A stretch of DNA of 64,000 nt, taken from IMG/VR virus record IMGVR_UViG_3300021431_000100, positions 24,871-88,870 of that record; one strand, 5' to 3'. The translations under genes were made by a program, and so were the position numbers. Origin of the DNA: a virus. Taxonomy: Duplodnaviria > Caudoviricetes. The notes under the pieces are model-generated. The model worked only from the letters and a program-made list of their open reading frames with translations. It was not told the DNA's origin and did not search any database. Every line of letters starts with the position of its first letter. The first letter of the stretch is position 1. Below are positions 19,487-29,500 of this stretch, piece after piece.

Positions 19487-20072
19487 TGAAGAAAAATATA
19501 ACATTTATCGTAGAGTTTTTTTAACTCTTTGTGATAAAATTAGTAAAATGTTAACTGTCTACCCTGCAGATGAAAAAGCTATTAAAGAATGTACTGTTAA
19601 ATTGATAGTTGCAGGAGTACAAGTCATTATTGGGATTAACTATAATGATATAGAATATAATTATAAATTTGCTAGTTCTGTATATCGAACTATAATATCT
19701 GCAATGTTAATGCTTAAACCCGAAGAATTGGCAAAAATCTTTATTCCTGAGAAAACATACGACGGGGAGAGGTTTGGAGAAAAAGATTATTTCTTTGCCA
19801 AACGAGCTATTGAGAAACAAAAAAAAGTAGGATTTAATAACAATATTGAAACTCTATTAGATTATTTAACTGATTTAAATAATCTTAGTGCGATTTTGTT
19901 TGTTATTAATTGCGAAAAAATTCAACGTTGTCAAATTGAATATGAAAATCGCCAAAGAACAGCAAAAAAAATTGATGCTATTATGAAAAAGTTTAAATGT
20001 GGCGTTATACTTAATAAACACGGTAAGTTGGAACATACTTATATATATGATAATGGGAGGCTCAAAAAATGA
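19470..20072 (+). CDS. Hypothetical protein
   Basis: 200-aa ORF overlapping its neighbours. Confidence 0.7.
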   Translation: MKKKISEEKYNIYRRVFLTLCDKISKMLTVYPADEKAIKECTVKLIVAGVQVIIGINYNDIEYNYKFASSVYRTIISAMLMLKPEELAKIFIPEKTYDGERFGEKDYFFAKRAIEKQKKVGFNNNIETLLDYLTDLNNLSAILFVINCEKIQRCQIEYENRQRTAKKIDAIMKKFKCGVILNKHGKLEHTYIYDNGRLKK

Positions 20073-20632
20073 GCGATATAAAACGTTTTGACCCCGAATT
20101 TACAGAGGACGGGCAGTTTATACCCAAACAAAAGTTCTGTGCTAGTTGTAAAAAACGTATGCAATGCGACAAGTTATATGATAAACGCAAAGAAAATCAT
20201 ACTACTAATGACTATTCAGAAATTGTATTGGATATGTATTATACATGCGACGAGCATGAAGCCATGTATATAGAATTCCCTATTTTGGTTAATGGAATTA
20301 CTAGTGATATTGCTTTTGACCGAGATAATAATGAATTCAGAGTTGGTGATATGTGTATTGTTTCTGTTAATGCCGAGGGGTTTGACGACAAATTACATTT
20401 AGGTATATATTTGGGCATGTTGCCTGTATCAATTATATCTTTATATGATAAGAAAAATACAAAAATTACAAATAAGTTTAATCCTAATCCTGCTATATTT
20501 GTACCCAAGTTTAATAAAGTATTTTATGGTATGAATATGCGGTGGCAGTTTATAGAATCTAAAGAGGATTTGCTTGGGTTAGACGACAATGAACCTGTCG
20601 ATTATCTCAATATGGTTAATAACAAATTTTAA
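20069..20632 (+). CDS. Hypothetical phage protein
   Basis: 187-aa ORF, ATGA-coupled; CxxC...C N-terminus and NPAIFVP motif. Confidence 0.7.
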   Translation: MSDIKRFDPEFTEDGQFIPKQKFCASCKKRMQCDKLYDKRKENHTTNDYSEIVLDMYYTCDEHEAMYIEFPILVNGITSDIAFDRDNNEFRVGDMCIVSVNAEGFDDKLHLGIYLGMLPVSIISLYDKKNTKITNKFNPNPAIFVPKFNKVFYGMNMRWQFIESKEDLLGLDDNEPVDYLNMVNNKF

Positions 20633-20638
20633 AATTTT

Positions 20639-20670
20639 CCTCACTGTTTTTAAACAGTGAGGATTTTTTT
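20639..20670 (+). terminator. Intrinsic terminator insulating the cas operon
   Basis: CCTCACTGTTT / AAACAGTGAGG with T-run. Confidence 0.8.
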
Positions 20671-20690
20671 GTAAAAAATTTAAAAAACTA

Positions 20691-20719
20691 TTGACATTTT
20701 ATTGAGTTTGTGATTTAAT
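20691..20719 (+). promoter_or_regulatory. Sigma-A-like promoter of the cas operon
   Basis: TTGACA-N17-TTTAAT with TG extension and upstream A-tract; RBS GAAAGGA. Confidence 0.65.
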
Positions 20720-20776
20720 ATAATTGTAAGTTTGAAAAGTAATTAAATATTACAATTAGAAAGGATGACTTAAACT

Positions 20777-21979
20777 ATGGCAAAAAAGAAAAATACTAGT
20801 AACACCACAACCGCTACTACTGCACCTGTTAAGGAATTGACCAACTTTTCTTTGGAACGCAGTTTGTTTGTTTCAAGTGCAGGAAAGCTCAGTGCTGTTA
20901 AGTGGGAAAACCGACATGGAATTCAGGCAGATGTTCTTATCGACAAATTTCAGGGTGGTGCAAATGCTTGTAAAACCCACTATATGAAAGACGAGGCTAC
21001 TATTTTAGCGGAAGCTTGTGACAACAATACTCAGCAAGACCTTGATATATGTCACCTTCCTGTAGGATTTGATACTTTGTGCTTGGAATTTTCTGTGGAG
21101 GCACAGCCATTTAACAAGAAGCGAATTTCCGCTTGTAATCTTATGTCAGTAAGAAAGCGTTTGGCTTCCCTTGTTACTGAGTATGTAACTAATTGGGGAT
21201 TTAAGGACATTGCAGTGCCTTATGTAAACAACGTGGTTAATGGTTGTAGTTTGTGGAGAAATCAGAACAGTGCTGACGAGATTATAACTGAAATCGAGAT
21301 TGGCAATGGTAAGCAGTTTGTTTTCAATTCTTTTAACTACGACCAGAACAAGTTTACAACAAACGACCCTCAGATTAACGAGATTGCAGATATGATTGCC
21401 GACACCCTTTGTGGGAAGCAGAGATTGTTCAAGATGACTGTCCGTATTTATGCTCGCCTTGGTGACAGACATATTGTATATCCTTCTCAAAACCTTATTA
21501 TGGACACTAAAGGCAAGTTCCTTTATGAGTTGAATTCCGACCACCTTGCAGGACTGCATGACACTAAGATTGGTGCCGCGTTGCGTCGTATTGATACTTG
21601 GTATCCAGATTATATTAATAACAATAAAGAACCTATTCCTGTATACGCTTATGGTCAGGATAGAACTGAGAACATTGTTCATAGATATTCTTTTGACAGC
21701 AATATTTATGGATATATTAAGACTTGGTTGCTTGAAGAACAGGATATTCCTGACGAAGCAAAGCATTTTGTTATGAGTTGTTTCGTTTTTGGTGGAGTAT
21801 TTAACCCAAAAAATAACAATGACAAGAACGACGCTAACAATAATAACAATGCTGACGCTAATGGCGATAAGACTGAAACTAACGATAGTGAAGTTAAGGC
21901 TGAGGCTGAGGAAACCGTTAAGACTGACGTTAACAAAAATGAGGCTGACGACGCTAACGCTACTTTGGCTATGTTTTGA
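20777..21979 (+). CDS. cas7f: Type I-F Cascade backbone Cas7f (Csy3)
   Basis: LP..DTL, VNG..LWRN, VYPSQ.L, KIGAALRRIDTWYP and PIPV..YG motifs characteristic of Csy3. Confidence 0.9.
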   Translation: MAKKKNTSNTTTATTAPVKELTNFSLERSLFVSSAGKLSAVKWENRHGIQADVLIDKFQGGANACKTHYMKDEATILAEACDNNTQQDLDICHLPVGFDTLCLEFSVEAQPFNKKRISACNLMSVRKRLASLVTEYVTNWGFKDIAVPYVNNVVNGCSLWRNQNSADEIITEIEIGNGKQFVFNSFNYDQNKFTTNDPQINEIADMIADTLCGKQRLFKMTVRIYARLGDRHIVYPSQNLIMDTKGKFLYELNSDHLAGLHDTKIGAALRRIDTWYPDYINNNKEPIPVYAYGQDRTENIVHRYSFDSNIYGYIKTWLLEEQDIPDEAKHFVMSCFVFGGVFNPKNNNDKNDANNNNNADANGDKTETNDSEVKAEAEETVKTDVNKNEADDANATLAMF

Positions 21980-21992
21980 GGAGGTTTGAATA

Positions 21993-22535
21993 ATGTTTAG
22001 TCAGGAGATTGTGTTGGATGAACCGAGCACTCACATGTTGAGTAATGTAATGAAAAAACTGCATGGTCTGTTTAGTCAGGAGGTAAATTGTGGGAAATTC
22101 GCTGTGTCTTTCCCACAGCATTCCTTCAATAACAAGAAAGAACTCCAACTTGGCAATACAATTAGCGTTTTGTGCAACGAAGAAAAAACTTTGGCTGATT
22201 TAAATTTGTTACAGGAGTTTTCTGAATGGAAACTTCTTACCGTTAAGCCTAACATTACAAGTGTTGATAAATATTGTCTGTTTAAACGGGCACACCTTCA
22301 TTCTTACAAGGCTCATGTAACAAGAAAAATGAAGCGTGGAACACTGACTAATACAATTGATTTGTTTCAAGCACAAGAAAAGAAAAAGGAAGAATTTTCA
22401 AAACATGCGTGTTTGAAAATGTCAAGTAAATCTACAAGACGTTATATGAAGCTGTATATTACAAAAAGCAAAAACGTTGAAAATGCCAAGTTCAATTCTT
22501 ATGGATTGGTTACAGAAAGGATTAGTAATGGCTAA
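21993..22535 (+). CDS. cas6f: Type I-F crRNA endoribonuclease Cas6f (Csy4)
   Basis: KLHGL (catalytic His), AVSFP, LG..I, SSKST and FNSYGL motifs. Confidence 0.82.
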   Translation: MFSQEIVLDEPSTHMLSNVMKKLHGLFSQEVNCGKFAVSFPQHSFNNKKELQLGNTISVLCNEEKTLADLNLLQEFSEWKLLTVKPNITSVDKYCLFKRAHLHSYKAHVTRKMKRGTLTNTIDLFQAQEKKKEEFSKHACLKMSSKSTRRYMKLYITKSKNVENAKFNSYGLVTERISNG

Positions 22536-23649
22536 GAAGAAGAAAGAACCAAAAGATTTTAAAACTGAAACTGAACATGCGATTAACAAGTTGGTTAAGG
22601 CTAATACTTTTAAAAAGATGTTGGCAAATGACTGTTTTGACTCTACAATGTTTGCAACCCACGTTTCAAAGTTTTTGCATACTAAAATTAGCTTAAATAA
22701 CGTTGCCAATTTGTTTGATGATTCGGTTGCAGATAATCGTGATTATTTATGTACTGCAAATTCGGGTTATAGTGACCCTGATATTATTTTTAATGGAGCA
22801 ACCGTTAAAGCTATGCTTGCGACATTTTTATCATGTGAAATTACATATAAAGATGCACAAGGAGTTGAGAAGATTGTTACCATATTGCAGTTATTAAAAG
22901 ACGATTACAAATATTTACGTGACGCTATAACATATTTGATTGACGAGAATTATCTTTTTGTTGTGGACGATTATGACGATTTTCGTAATAAGGCGTTGAG
23001 TTGTGTTAAAACTCCTATGCCTATAAATTCTAGCCCATTGAACAATCAGATTTATTTCCCTGTTGCTGAAAATGACTATGTTTTGCTTGACCCTATTCCT
23101 TCTACTGTACTTTTTAAAGAGGTGCATAATAAGTTAAAAAATGTAAAAAATGTTTCAAAAATTCGTTATGCTATGGGTAGCGATAAGTGGAGAAACACAA
23201 CCACGAGCAAGATTGTTACCAAAACAGGCGATTTCGTCACGAGAGATATGTCTGCTAATTATATGTTCCTTACTTTGCCCCCACAAAGCTTGTTGAAAAA
23301 GAATAAGCGTAAGGTAATTTATCCAAAATTTAATGTGGAAAATATGCAAGGTGTACAGAACGGAATGCTTATTGATGACACTTTGCTTGATACAATTTGT
23401 AAAGAAGGTCTGAGAGGTCGGGCTACTGCCAAGGCTGAACGTGCAGAACGTGACGACAGTGTTAAGAGAAACTTTTTGGAAAAATATGGTTGGAGTGTAA
23501 TCCCCAACGGATATGAAATTCATCATATTATCCCAATTTCTCAAGGTGGAGCAGATGCAGTAGAAAACATGATTTTGTTAACAAAAGCACAACATGCAAT
23601 TATTACTCGTTGCCATTCTGCATATTTTGGGTGGCACATGAGGGTGTAA
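22528..23649 (+). CDS. cas8f: Cas8f (Csy1)-like large subunit with C-terminal HNH nuclease
   Basis: ATHVSKF.H and QIYFPV...Y.LL.P Csy1 motifs; C-terminal EIHHIIPISQGG...ENMILL...QH; ATG 22528 after AGAAAGG, overlapping the cas6f stop. Confidence 0.82.
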   Translation: MAKKKKEPKDFKTETEHAINKLVKANTFKKMLANDCFDSTMFATHVSKFLHTKISLNNVANLFDDSVADNRDYLCTANSGYSDPDIIFNGATVKAMLATFLSCEITYKDAQGVEKIVTILQLLKDDYKYLRDAITYLIDENYLFVVDDYDDFRNKALSCVKTPMPINSSPLNNQIYFPVAENDYVLLDPIPSTVLFKEVHNKLKNVKNVSKIRYAMGSDKWRNTTTSKIVTKTGDFVTRDMSANYMFLTLPPQSLLKKNKRKVIYPKFNVENMQGVQNGMLIDDTLLDTICKEGLRGRATAKAERAERDDSVKRNFLEKYGWSVIPNGYEIHHIIPISQGGADAVENMILLTKAQHAIITRCHSAYFGWHMRV

Positions 23650-23661
23650 AAGGAGGCAACT

Positions 23662-24480
23662 ATGGGGAAGTATGTTTTGATTGACGGAGTAGAAATTTTT
23701 GGTGCGAATGCATTTCATCGCATTTGTGTAGGTACTCCAGCTATGACAGCGTTAATGGGCTTTGTAGAAAAGTTGAAAAATGAACTGAGGGAAGAATATA
23801 ATAATCCTGCCATTAATATAGAAGCGGGATTTATTATTAATGATTATTGGCTTGACGCAGTTAAGGACTCAAAATATAAGTCGCTTCACATGAACGCAAA
23901 GACTGTAGAATATTATCGTGGTGACAGTAACCATTCACAAAAAAAGATTTTGAGTTGTCAGTCAGTGTCTAATCAGGCGTATATGGATTTAAACATGTCG
24001 TTTCTTTTAAAAATTGAAAATTTGCAAATTACCAATGACGTAACATGTTTTATTAAAAATATAGTTGAAACTTTGCGTGTTGCGGGTGGTAAAATTACAG
24101 AAGTTGACGACGTGTTTGAAATTGAAGACCTTCAAGACGTAGAATGGGGTGGACGTTTTATTACCTGCGAACAACATGCTTTGAATGAAGCAGAGGGTGA
24201 CAATATGCTTGACAAGATGATTAAAGCTTGTCAGGATGATTATAGACTGAAAGTAATTCCTTATGGATATAGACAGGAAACCCCGTTTCGTTTAAATGTT
24301 AAAAATGTACGAGAAGAAAATGTACCACATTGTTTTGTTGAATCAATTTATACATTGATTAAATTTAAACATATTTCTGAAATTGAAAGCATTGATGAGC
24401 TTTGGTGGCATTATGAATATCGTGAAGGTAGCAACAATGATGGTATTTTCATTTGTACACAAGAAAAATCAGTTGAATAA
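23662..24480 (+). CDS. cas5f: Type I-F Cas5f (Csy2)
   Basis: N-terminal I.GANA....GTPAMTALMGF..KL motif, LRVAGG.I and position in the operon. Confidence 0.8.
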   Translation: MGKYVLIDGVEIFGANAFHRICVGTPAMTALMGFVEKLKNELREEYNNPAINIEAGFIINDYWLDAVKDSKYKSLHMNAKTVEYYRGDSNHSQKKILSCQSVSNQAYMDLNMSFLLKIENLQITNDVTCFIKNIVETLRVAGGKITEVDDVFEIEDLQDVEWGGRFITCEQHALNEAEGDNMLDKMIKACQDDYRLKVIPYGYRQETPFRLNVKNVREENVPHCFVESIYTLIKFKHISEIESIDELWWHYEYREGSNNDGIFICTQEKSVE

Positions 24481-24496
24481 ATTGCTAAAAAAAATA

Positions 24497-24526
24497 TTGA
24501 CAAACACTCTTTAATTAACATATAAT
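24497..24526 (+). promoter_or_regulatory. Sigma-A-like promoter upstream of the SSB gene
   Basis: TTGACA-N18-TATAAT. Confidence 0.6.
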
Positions 24527-24662
24527 ATTTTATGTCAGGAATATTAAACAATTGCAGTGACAATCAATATTCGCTGACATAAAATATTATAGCTACATTG
24601 ACCGAGTTGCCACACATGCACTACAGCTAATATAGCATATCAAGCAAACTAGGTACAATGTA
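24521..24662 (+). ncRNA. Candidate structured RNA / leader between cas5f and the SSB gene
   Basis: Perfect 18-bp inverted repeat 24521-24538/24574-24591 with inner stems; second stem TACATTG-ACC / GGT-A-CAATGTA 24594-24662. Confidence 0.35.
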
Positions 24663-24688
24663 ATACAGTTAATGGAGGTATTTTATTT

Positions 24689-25345
24689 ATGTCTACCACT
24701 ACAAGTTTTAACATGGATTGGGGCGACGTTCAGACAGGAAGCTCCAAACAGGCAGATTTTATGAAGTTGAAGGATGGTGTAAACCTTCTTCGTATCGTAA
24801 GTAAGCCATCTCAGCTTGCATTGCATTGGGAAGCTACTACTGACGGTCAGCGTAAGAAGATACTTTGCACAGGCAGTTCTGATTGTATTCTTTGTGAACA
24901 TGGTTCTCGTGCTACAAGACGTTTTCAGTTCCTTGTAATTGACAAGAATGAGAATTGGGACGCACAGAAGCAGGAATACACAGGCGAGCCAAAGGTAAAG
25001 ATTTTCGAGACAGGTGCTTCCGTAGTTAAACAGATTCAGGACTATGCTAATGACGTTGAATATGGCGACCCTGAGAAATACGATATTCGTATTAAAAAGG
25101 AAGGTACAGGTAAGGACACTCGTTATTCTGTACTCCCTTCTCGTAACTCTAGTGAGCTTACCGACGTTGAGAAGAAAGCAGTAGAGGAAGCTCCAACAAT
25201 TGAGAGTTTGAACAAGATTCCGTCCAAGAGTGAAATCCTTGATATGCATCTTGCCATTCTTCAGGGCGTTGGCAATGACAGTTCTGCTCCTTCTTCCAAG
25301 TCCACTGAGGACGACGGTTGGGGCGACGATTTCGACAACTTCTAA
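24689..25345 (+). CDS. Phage single-stranded DNA-binding protein (gp32-like)
   Basis: FMKLKDG...RIV, His/Cys cluster (HW...C...C..C), YDIRIKKEGTG...RYSV and acidic aromatic tail DDGWGDDFDNF. Confidence 0.7.
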   Translation: MSTTTSFNMDWGDVQTGSSKQADFMKLKDGVNLLRIVSKPSQLALHWEATTDGQRKKILCTGSSDCILCEHGSRATRRFQFLVIDKNENWDAQKQEYTGEPKVKIFETGASVVKQIQDYANDVEYGDPEKYDIRIKKEGTGKDTRYSVLPSRNSSELTDVEKKAVEEAPTIESLNKIPSKSEILDMHLAILQGVGNDSSAPSSKSTEDDGWGDDFDNF

Positions 25346-25356
25346 TAAATAAAATG

Positions 25357-25396
25357 AAGCGTTACATTAAGAATTTCTTAGTGTAACGCTTTTTTT
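25357..25396 (+). terminator. Intrinsic terminator
   Basis: AAGCGTTACATTAAG / CTTAGTGTAACGCTT with T-run. Confidence 0.85.
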
Positions 25397-25486
25397 GTAA
25401 ATGCAAAAGAAACGACAAAATCAATTAACTGATTTATTATTTTTTTTATATAATATACATATCATATAGTGAAAAGAGGAAAAACA

Positions 25487-26200
25487 ATGAAAGTAACATT
25501 ACTTACACATACTCCCGAACCTGAGAAGGTAATTGCGTGTGCAGCAAAACTTTGCTATTCTTCTAAGGTGGATATTGATTCTTTAATGGATTCACTTACT
25601 CCCGAATCTACAGAAAAATTTGTAAGGAAGCTTGTTTCTTTGGGTCATCAGTCTCCTTTAGAGCATGTATCTTTTACTTTTGCTCTTGAAGGTGTATCTC
25701 GTTCTTTTTTGGCTCAGATAACTCGTCACAGAGTTGCTTCTTTTTCTGTTCGTAGTCAGCGTTATTGCAATGAAGGTGAATTTGAAGCAGTAGCTCCAAT
25801 TAAAATCAAGAACAATAAGGAAGCAAATGAGAAGTTTGAGACTATTATGAATAATTTACACGAAGAATATAATAATCTTCAGACTGAGTTTGGTTTGCCA
25901 AATGAGGACGCACGAGCAATTCTTCCAAACGCTTGTGCTACAAGAATGATTGTTACTATGAATGTTCGTGAATTGTGGCATTTCTTTAATGAACGTTGCT
26001 GCAATCGTGCACAACATGAAATTCGTATGGTTGCAAATGAAATGCTTAAAAAGTGCCGTGAAGTAGCCCCAATTCTTTTTGAAACTTCGGGTGCTAAATG
26101 TGACAGTTTAGGGTATTGTCCCGAGGGTGCAATGTGTTGTGGCAAAGCTCCAACAATTGAAGCAATTATGGAAGTATATAATAGACAAGTAGGTGAATAA
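25487..26200 (+). CDS. thyX: Flavin-dependent thymidylate synthase
   Basis: GHQSPLEH, RHRVASFSVRSQRY, EDARAILP and AQHEIR motifs. Confidence 0.95.
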   Translation: MKVTLLTHTPEPEKVIACAAKLCYSSKVDIDSLMDSLTPESTEKFVRKLVSLGHQSPLEHVSFTFALEGVSRSFLAQITRHRVASFSVRSQRYCNEGEFEAVAPIKIKNNKEANEKFETIMNNLHEEYNNLQTEFGLPNEDARAILPNACATRMIVTMNVRELWHFFNERCCNRAQHEIRMVANEMLKKCREVAPILFETSGAKCDSLGYCPEGAMCCGKAPTIEAIMEVYNRQVGE

Positions 26201-26203
26201 ATT

Positions 26204-26455
26204 ATGTGGGAATTTGCTATGAACCATTGTATAGTATTTTTATGTTGTTTTTATATAATGTGCTTGTTGCTTGAATCTGCATTAAGATGTATTGCTATTT
26301 TGGTAAGAGGTTATCCTAAGAATGATGAGGATGGGAAAAATATACTAAAAAAAAGTTCTTTAAAACCTGATACTTCTTCATGCCGTAATAAAGATTGCGA
26401 TAAATGTGAAGATAGATATGATTGTAATCCAAACGTAGGAAAAGACGAACCATAA
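26204..26455 (+). CDS. Small membrane protein with Cys-rich C-terminus
   Basis: N-terminal hydrophobic stretch; CRNKDCDKCEDRYDC. Confidence 0.6.
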   Translation: MWEFAMNHCIVFLCCFYIMCLLLESALRCIAILVRGYPKNDEDGKNILKKSSLKPDTSSCRNKDCDKCEDRYDCNPNVGKDEP

Positions 26456-26535
26456 AAATAAAAAGCTGTTGGATAATGTTTCTAACAGCTTTTTCTATTC
26501 TATATTTAGAAAGACTAGTAGAAAGGATTTTGTAA

Positions 26536-29500
26536 ATGGCGAATATTTCTAAATATGTATATTCTTCTTTGATTACAGAGAATGGTTATTTCCCGTATGT
26601 ATATAAAGACGAAAATAATAAAATATATTCCATCATGGTAATGAATGACGGTAAAGATACTTGGCTTAATTTATACACCTCTGAAAATGAGGGTGATAGT
26701 TGGGAACAAGATACTGATTTACCTTTAAACGAAGATTGTACCATGTATTCTCCAAGATTGTTTGTTAAGGACGACGTAATATATGTATTTGCTCATGGCA
26801 AAAGTGGGGCTAAAAATGCAATATATTTTATTCGTAAATTTTTAAATCTTAAAGACGACGGTAATAATCCAATTGACCCGTTTTGGGAAGAAGAATGGAC
26901 AAAATTAATATTTGATAGTTCCAAACATTGTCGTATTACAGATTTGCGTGTAGACGATTCGGGTTATTATGCTTATATCATATATGATAAAGAAACTGAT
27001 AAACAAACTTATGAAACTCGTTTGAATGTATTTTCTTTGACGGATTATGAAATTAAAATGGACGTATCTGTAAATGAGAATACTAAAATTAATCAGCATA
27101 ATGGTAAAGCAACTCTGTTAAATAATAAAATTATTGGTATTTCTTGGGAAATGCAAACAGTAAGTGTTTACGACAGCAAAACTTATCAGATTGCATACAG
27201 ACAATTTGATATTGTTAATCAAGAGTGGTCAAATACCATTATATTGAGTGAGGACGAAAAACATAATAATTATCATCAGTCAATTACACATGACTCAGCC
27301 AATAATGTTTATGTAGCTTGGTTAAATACACAGGAAACAAATACCGACGGTTCTTTATCTTACTTCAAAACTAGCAAAATTCAATATGCAACCGTTACTA
27401 ATGCAGAAAAAAGTTCTTATGAGACAATTTCAACAGACGCAAAGGAAAATGAATATCCTTATTTAGTATGCGACGAAAATGATAGTTTGTATATTGTTTT
27501 TGCTTCTCAGAATTATGTACAGTATTTTACTAAAAAAATAAATACTGACGAATGGGTAGAAATTAAAAATGTCCACCAAAATGATTGGAAATTATTGGTT
27601 GGCTTTTGCTATGATAACAATTTATATACTATTATCCGTAAGGATAATGAAATATACATGGTTCGCATTGATACTCTTTTGGCTGAAGATTTTCAGCCTG
27701 TTAGAGATTTTCAAATTGCTGACGTAAACAACAAAGAAATTTCTTTTGTTTGGACAGCAGTTCGTAATGCAGAGGATATTAAATTAGAAGAATTGGTTGC
27801 TGATACAGCTAAATGGAATTGGTTCAAACCTAACACTACCGCAGGAGTAACAGCAGATACAAATACCGTATATTGCGTTGGGTTAAATGCCAATAAATTA
27901 TATGCTTTTAAGCTACTTTATAAAGTAACTACAGATAAGAAAACACACACAATTTATTATCCAAAGCGTCTTATAACACAACACGACGCAGATGAAAATT
28001 ATCAGTTTAAATGGGAAGTCCCTGCGAATACAACCTCTCAGGAATTATATATCGCAGAAGAATTGTGGCAAGAAACTATGGATATTGCCAATGACGCTTC
28101 TGAGTGTGTTTTGCCATTTGATAATCAAGCAACTAGTTTTAGATTGAATATCACAGGTGGCATGGCAGAAGGATATTCCAATGAAGTTTCTCCTTTAACA
28201 ATTGATTTGGATAATCAAGATTATATCTTGTCTTGGTCGCCATTTAAGAACGCTGATAGCGTTAAGGTGCAACAAAGTATTGATATGATGAACTATTATC
28301 CTGCAAAAAATGAAAATATACCACCACAGTCAAGCAGTTATCGTATTGATAAAGTTAACGACGTAACATATAGTTATAGATTAATTTATCATACTGATAA
28401 GGATAATTATAGTAATGTTGTAACTTTGACTAATAATTTAAAAGTTTTAACAACTGACTATGATAAGGTAATAGTTCAATGGACAGCTATGGAAAATGAA
28501 GAAAAAACATTGTTCCAATTGACAACTGACGAAGGAAATCGTTGGGAAACTTTTAATTATCTTATTGACGATAACATTGCAAAAATTAATCAGCTAAAGT
28601 ACAATACTGATTATTGGCTGAGATTGTATTTTCCTAATCGGTTTAGTGGGAAATATTCTAATATTGTTAAATTTACTACAGAAAAATATCCGATTAAAAA
28701 ATTTGATATTCTTGAAGCTAATGATATAAACGCAATTATGAGTTTTGTCGTGTCTAAAGAATATGGTGATATTGCGGTAGTATATGTAGATACTTATGGC
28801 GAGACTAGAAATTCTGTTTTGCTGAGTACATTTAATATTGTTGCAAAAGAACAATTAAGTTCACAGGTTACAAATTCTTATTATGAAGAAGAAGTAAATG
28901 CTTTGGAAAAACGTATTACTTTAAAACTTGTAGGATTGAAAAAAGGAACATTCTATAAAGCCCAAATTCAATGTGTAAATAGTGATTGGGGCAACAGTGA
29001 TATTTTAGAATTCAAAACTTATGGTGAAAATCCACAGGGATTAAAGTTGGTTTCAGCAGATAAACATTCTGTTAAACTTAAATGGAACACTTTAGACCGT
29101 ATAACTGCTGATAATGTTGCAGAAATGGTGTTCATTGAATATTCTCGTGACGGCATAGAAAAGAATATAGTCCCTGTACTTGATTTGTCACAACCGTATG
29201 AATTAACTAATCTTATGCAAGATACTACTTATATGGTAAGGTTAATTTGTAATTATGGTGATAATGAAGGTGCTTCTGAAACTGTTGTCGTTAAAACTCA
29301 GGAAGATTTGTTTGCTCCGATATTTGGAGAGAGAAACAATAATGAGTTATGTATGTGTGTCAGCAAGAAAAATAATATAGCTTACATTTTTGATAAGGGT
29401 AAGTTATATACTTATAATATGTCTGATAATTCGCAACAATTAATAATTGATTATAATATCAGTGCCAACCATATATATGGTGATATTGTCGAAGATAAAA

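Noticed and set aside
20639-20662. TCACTG-containing palindrome resembling the start of a type I-F repeat (GTTCACTGCC...)
   Set aside because: Single copy, perfect 11-bp stem with a T-run right after a stop codon; it is an ordinary terminator
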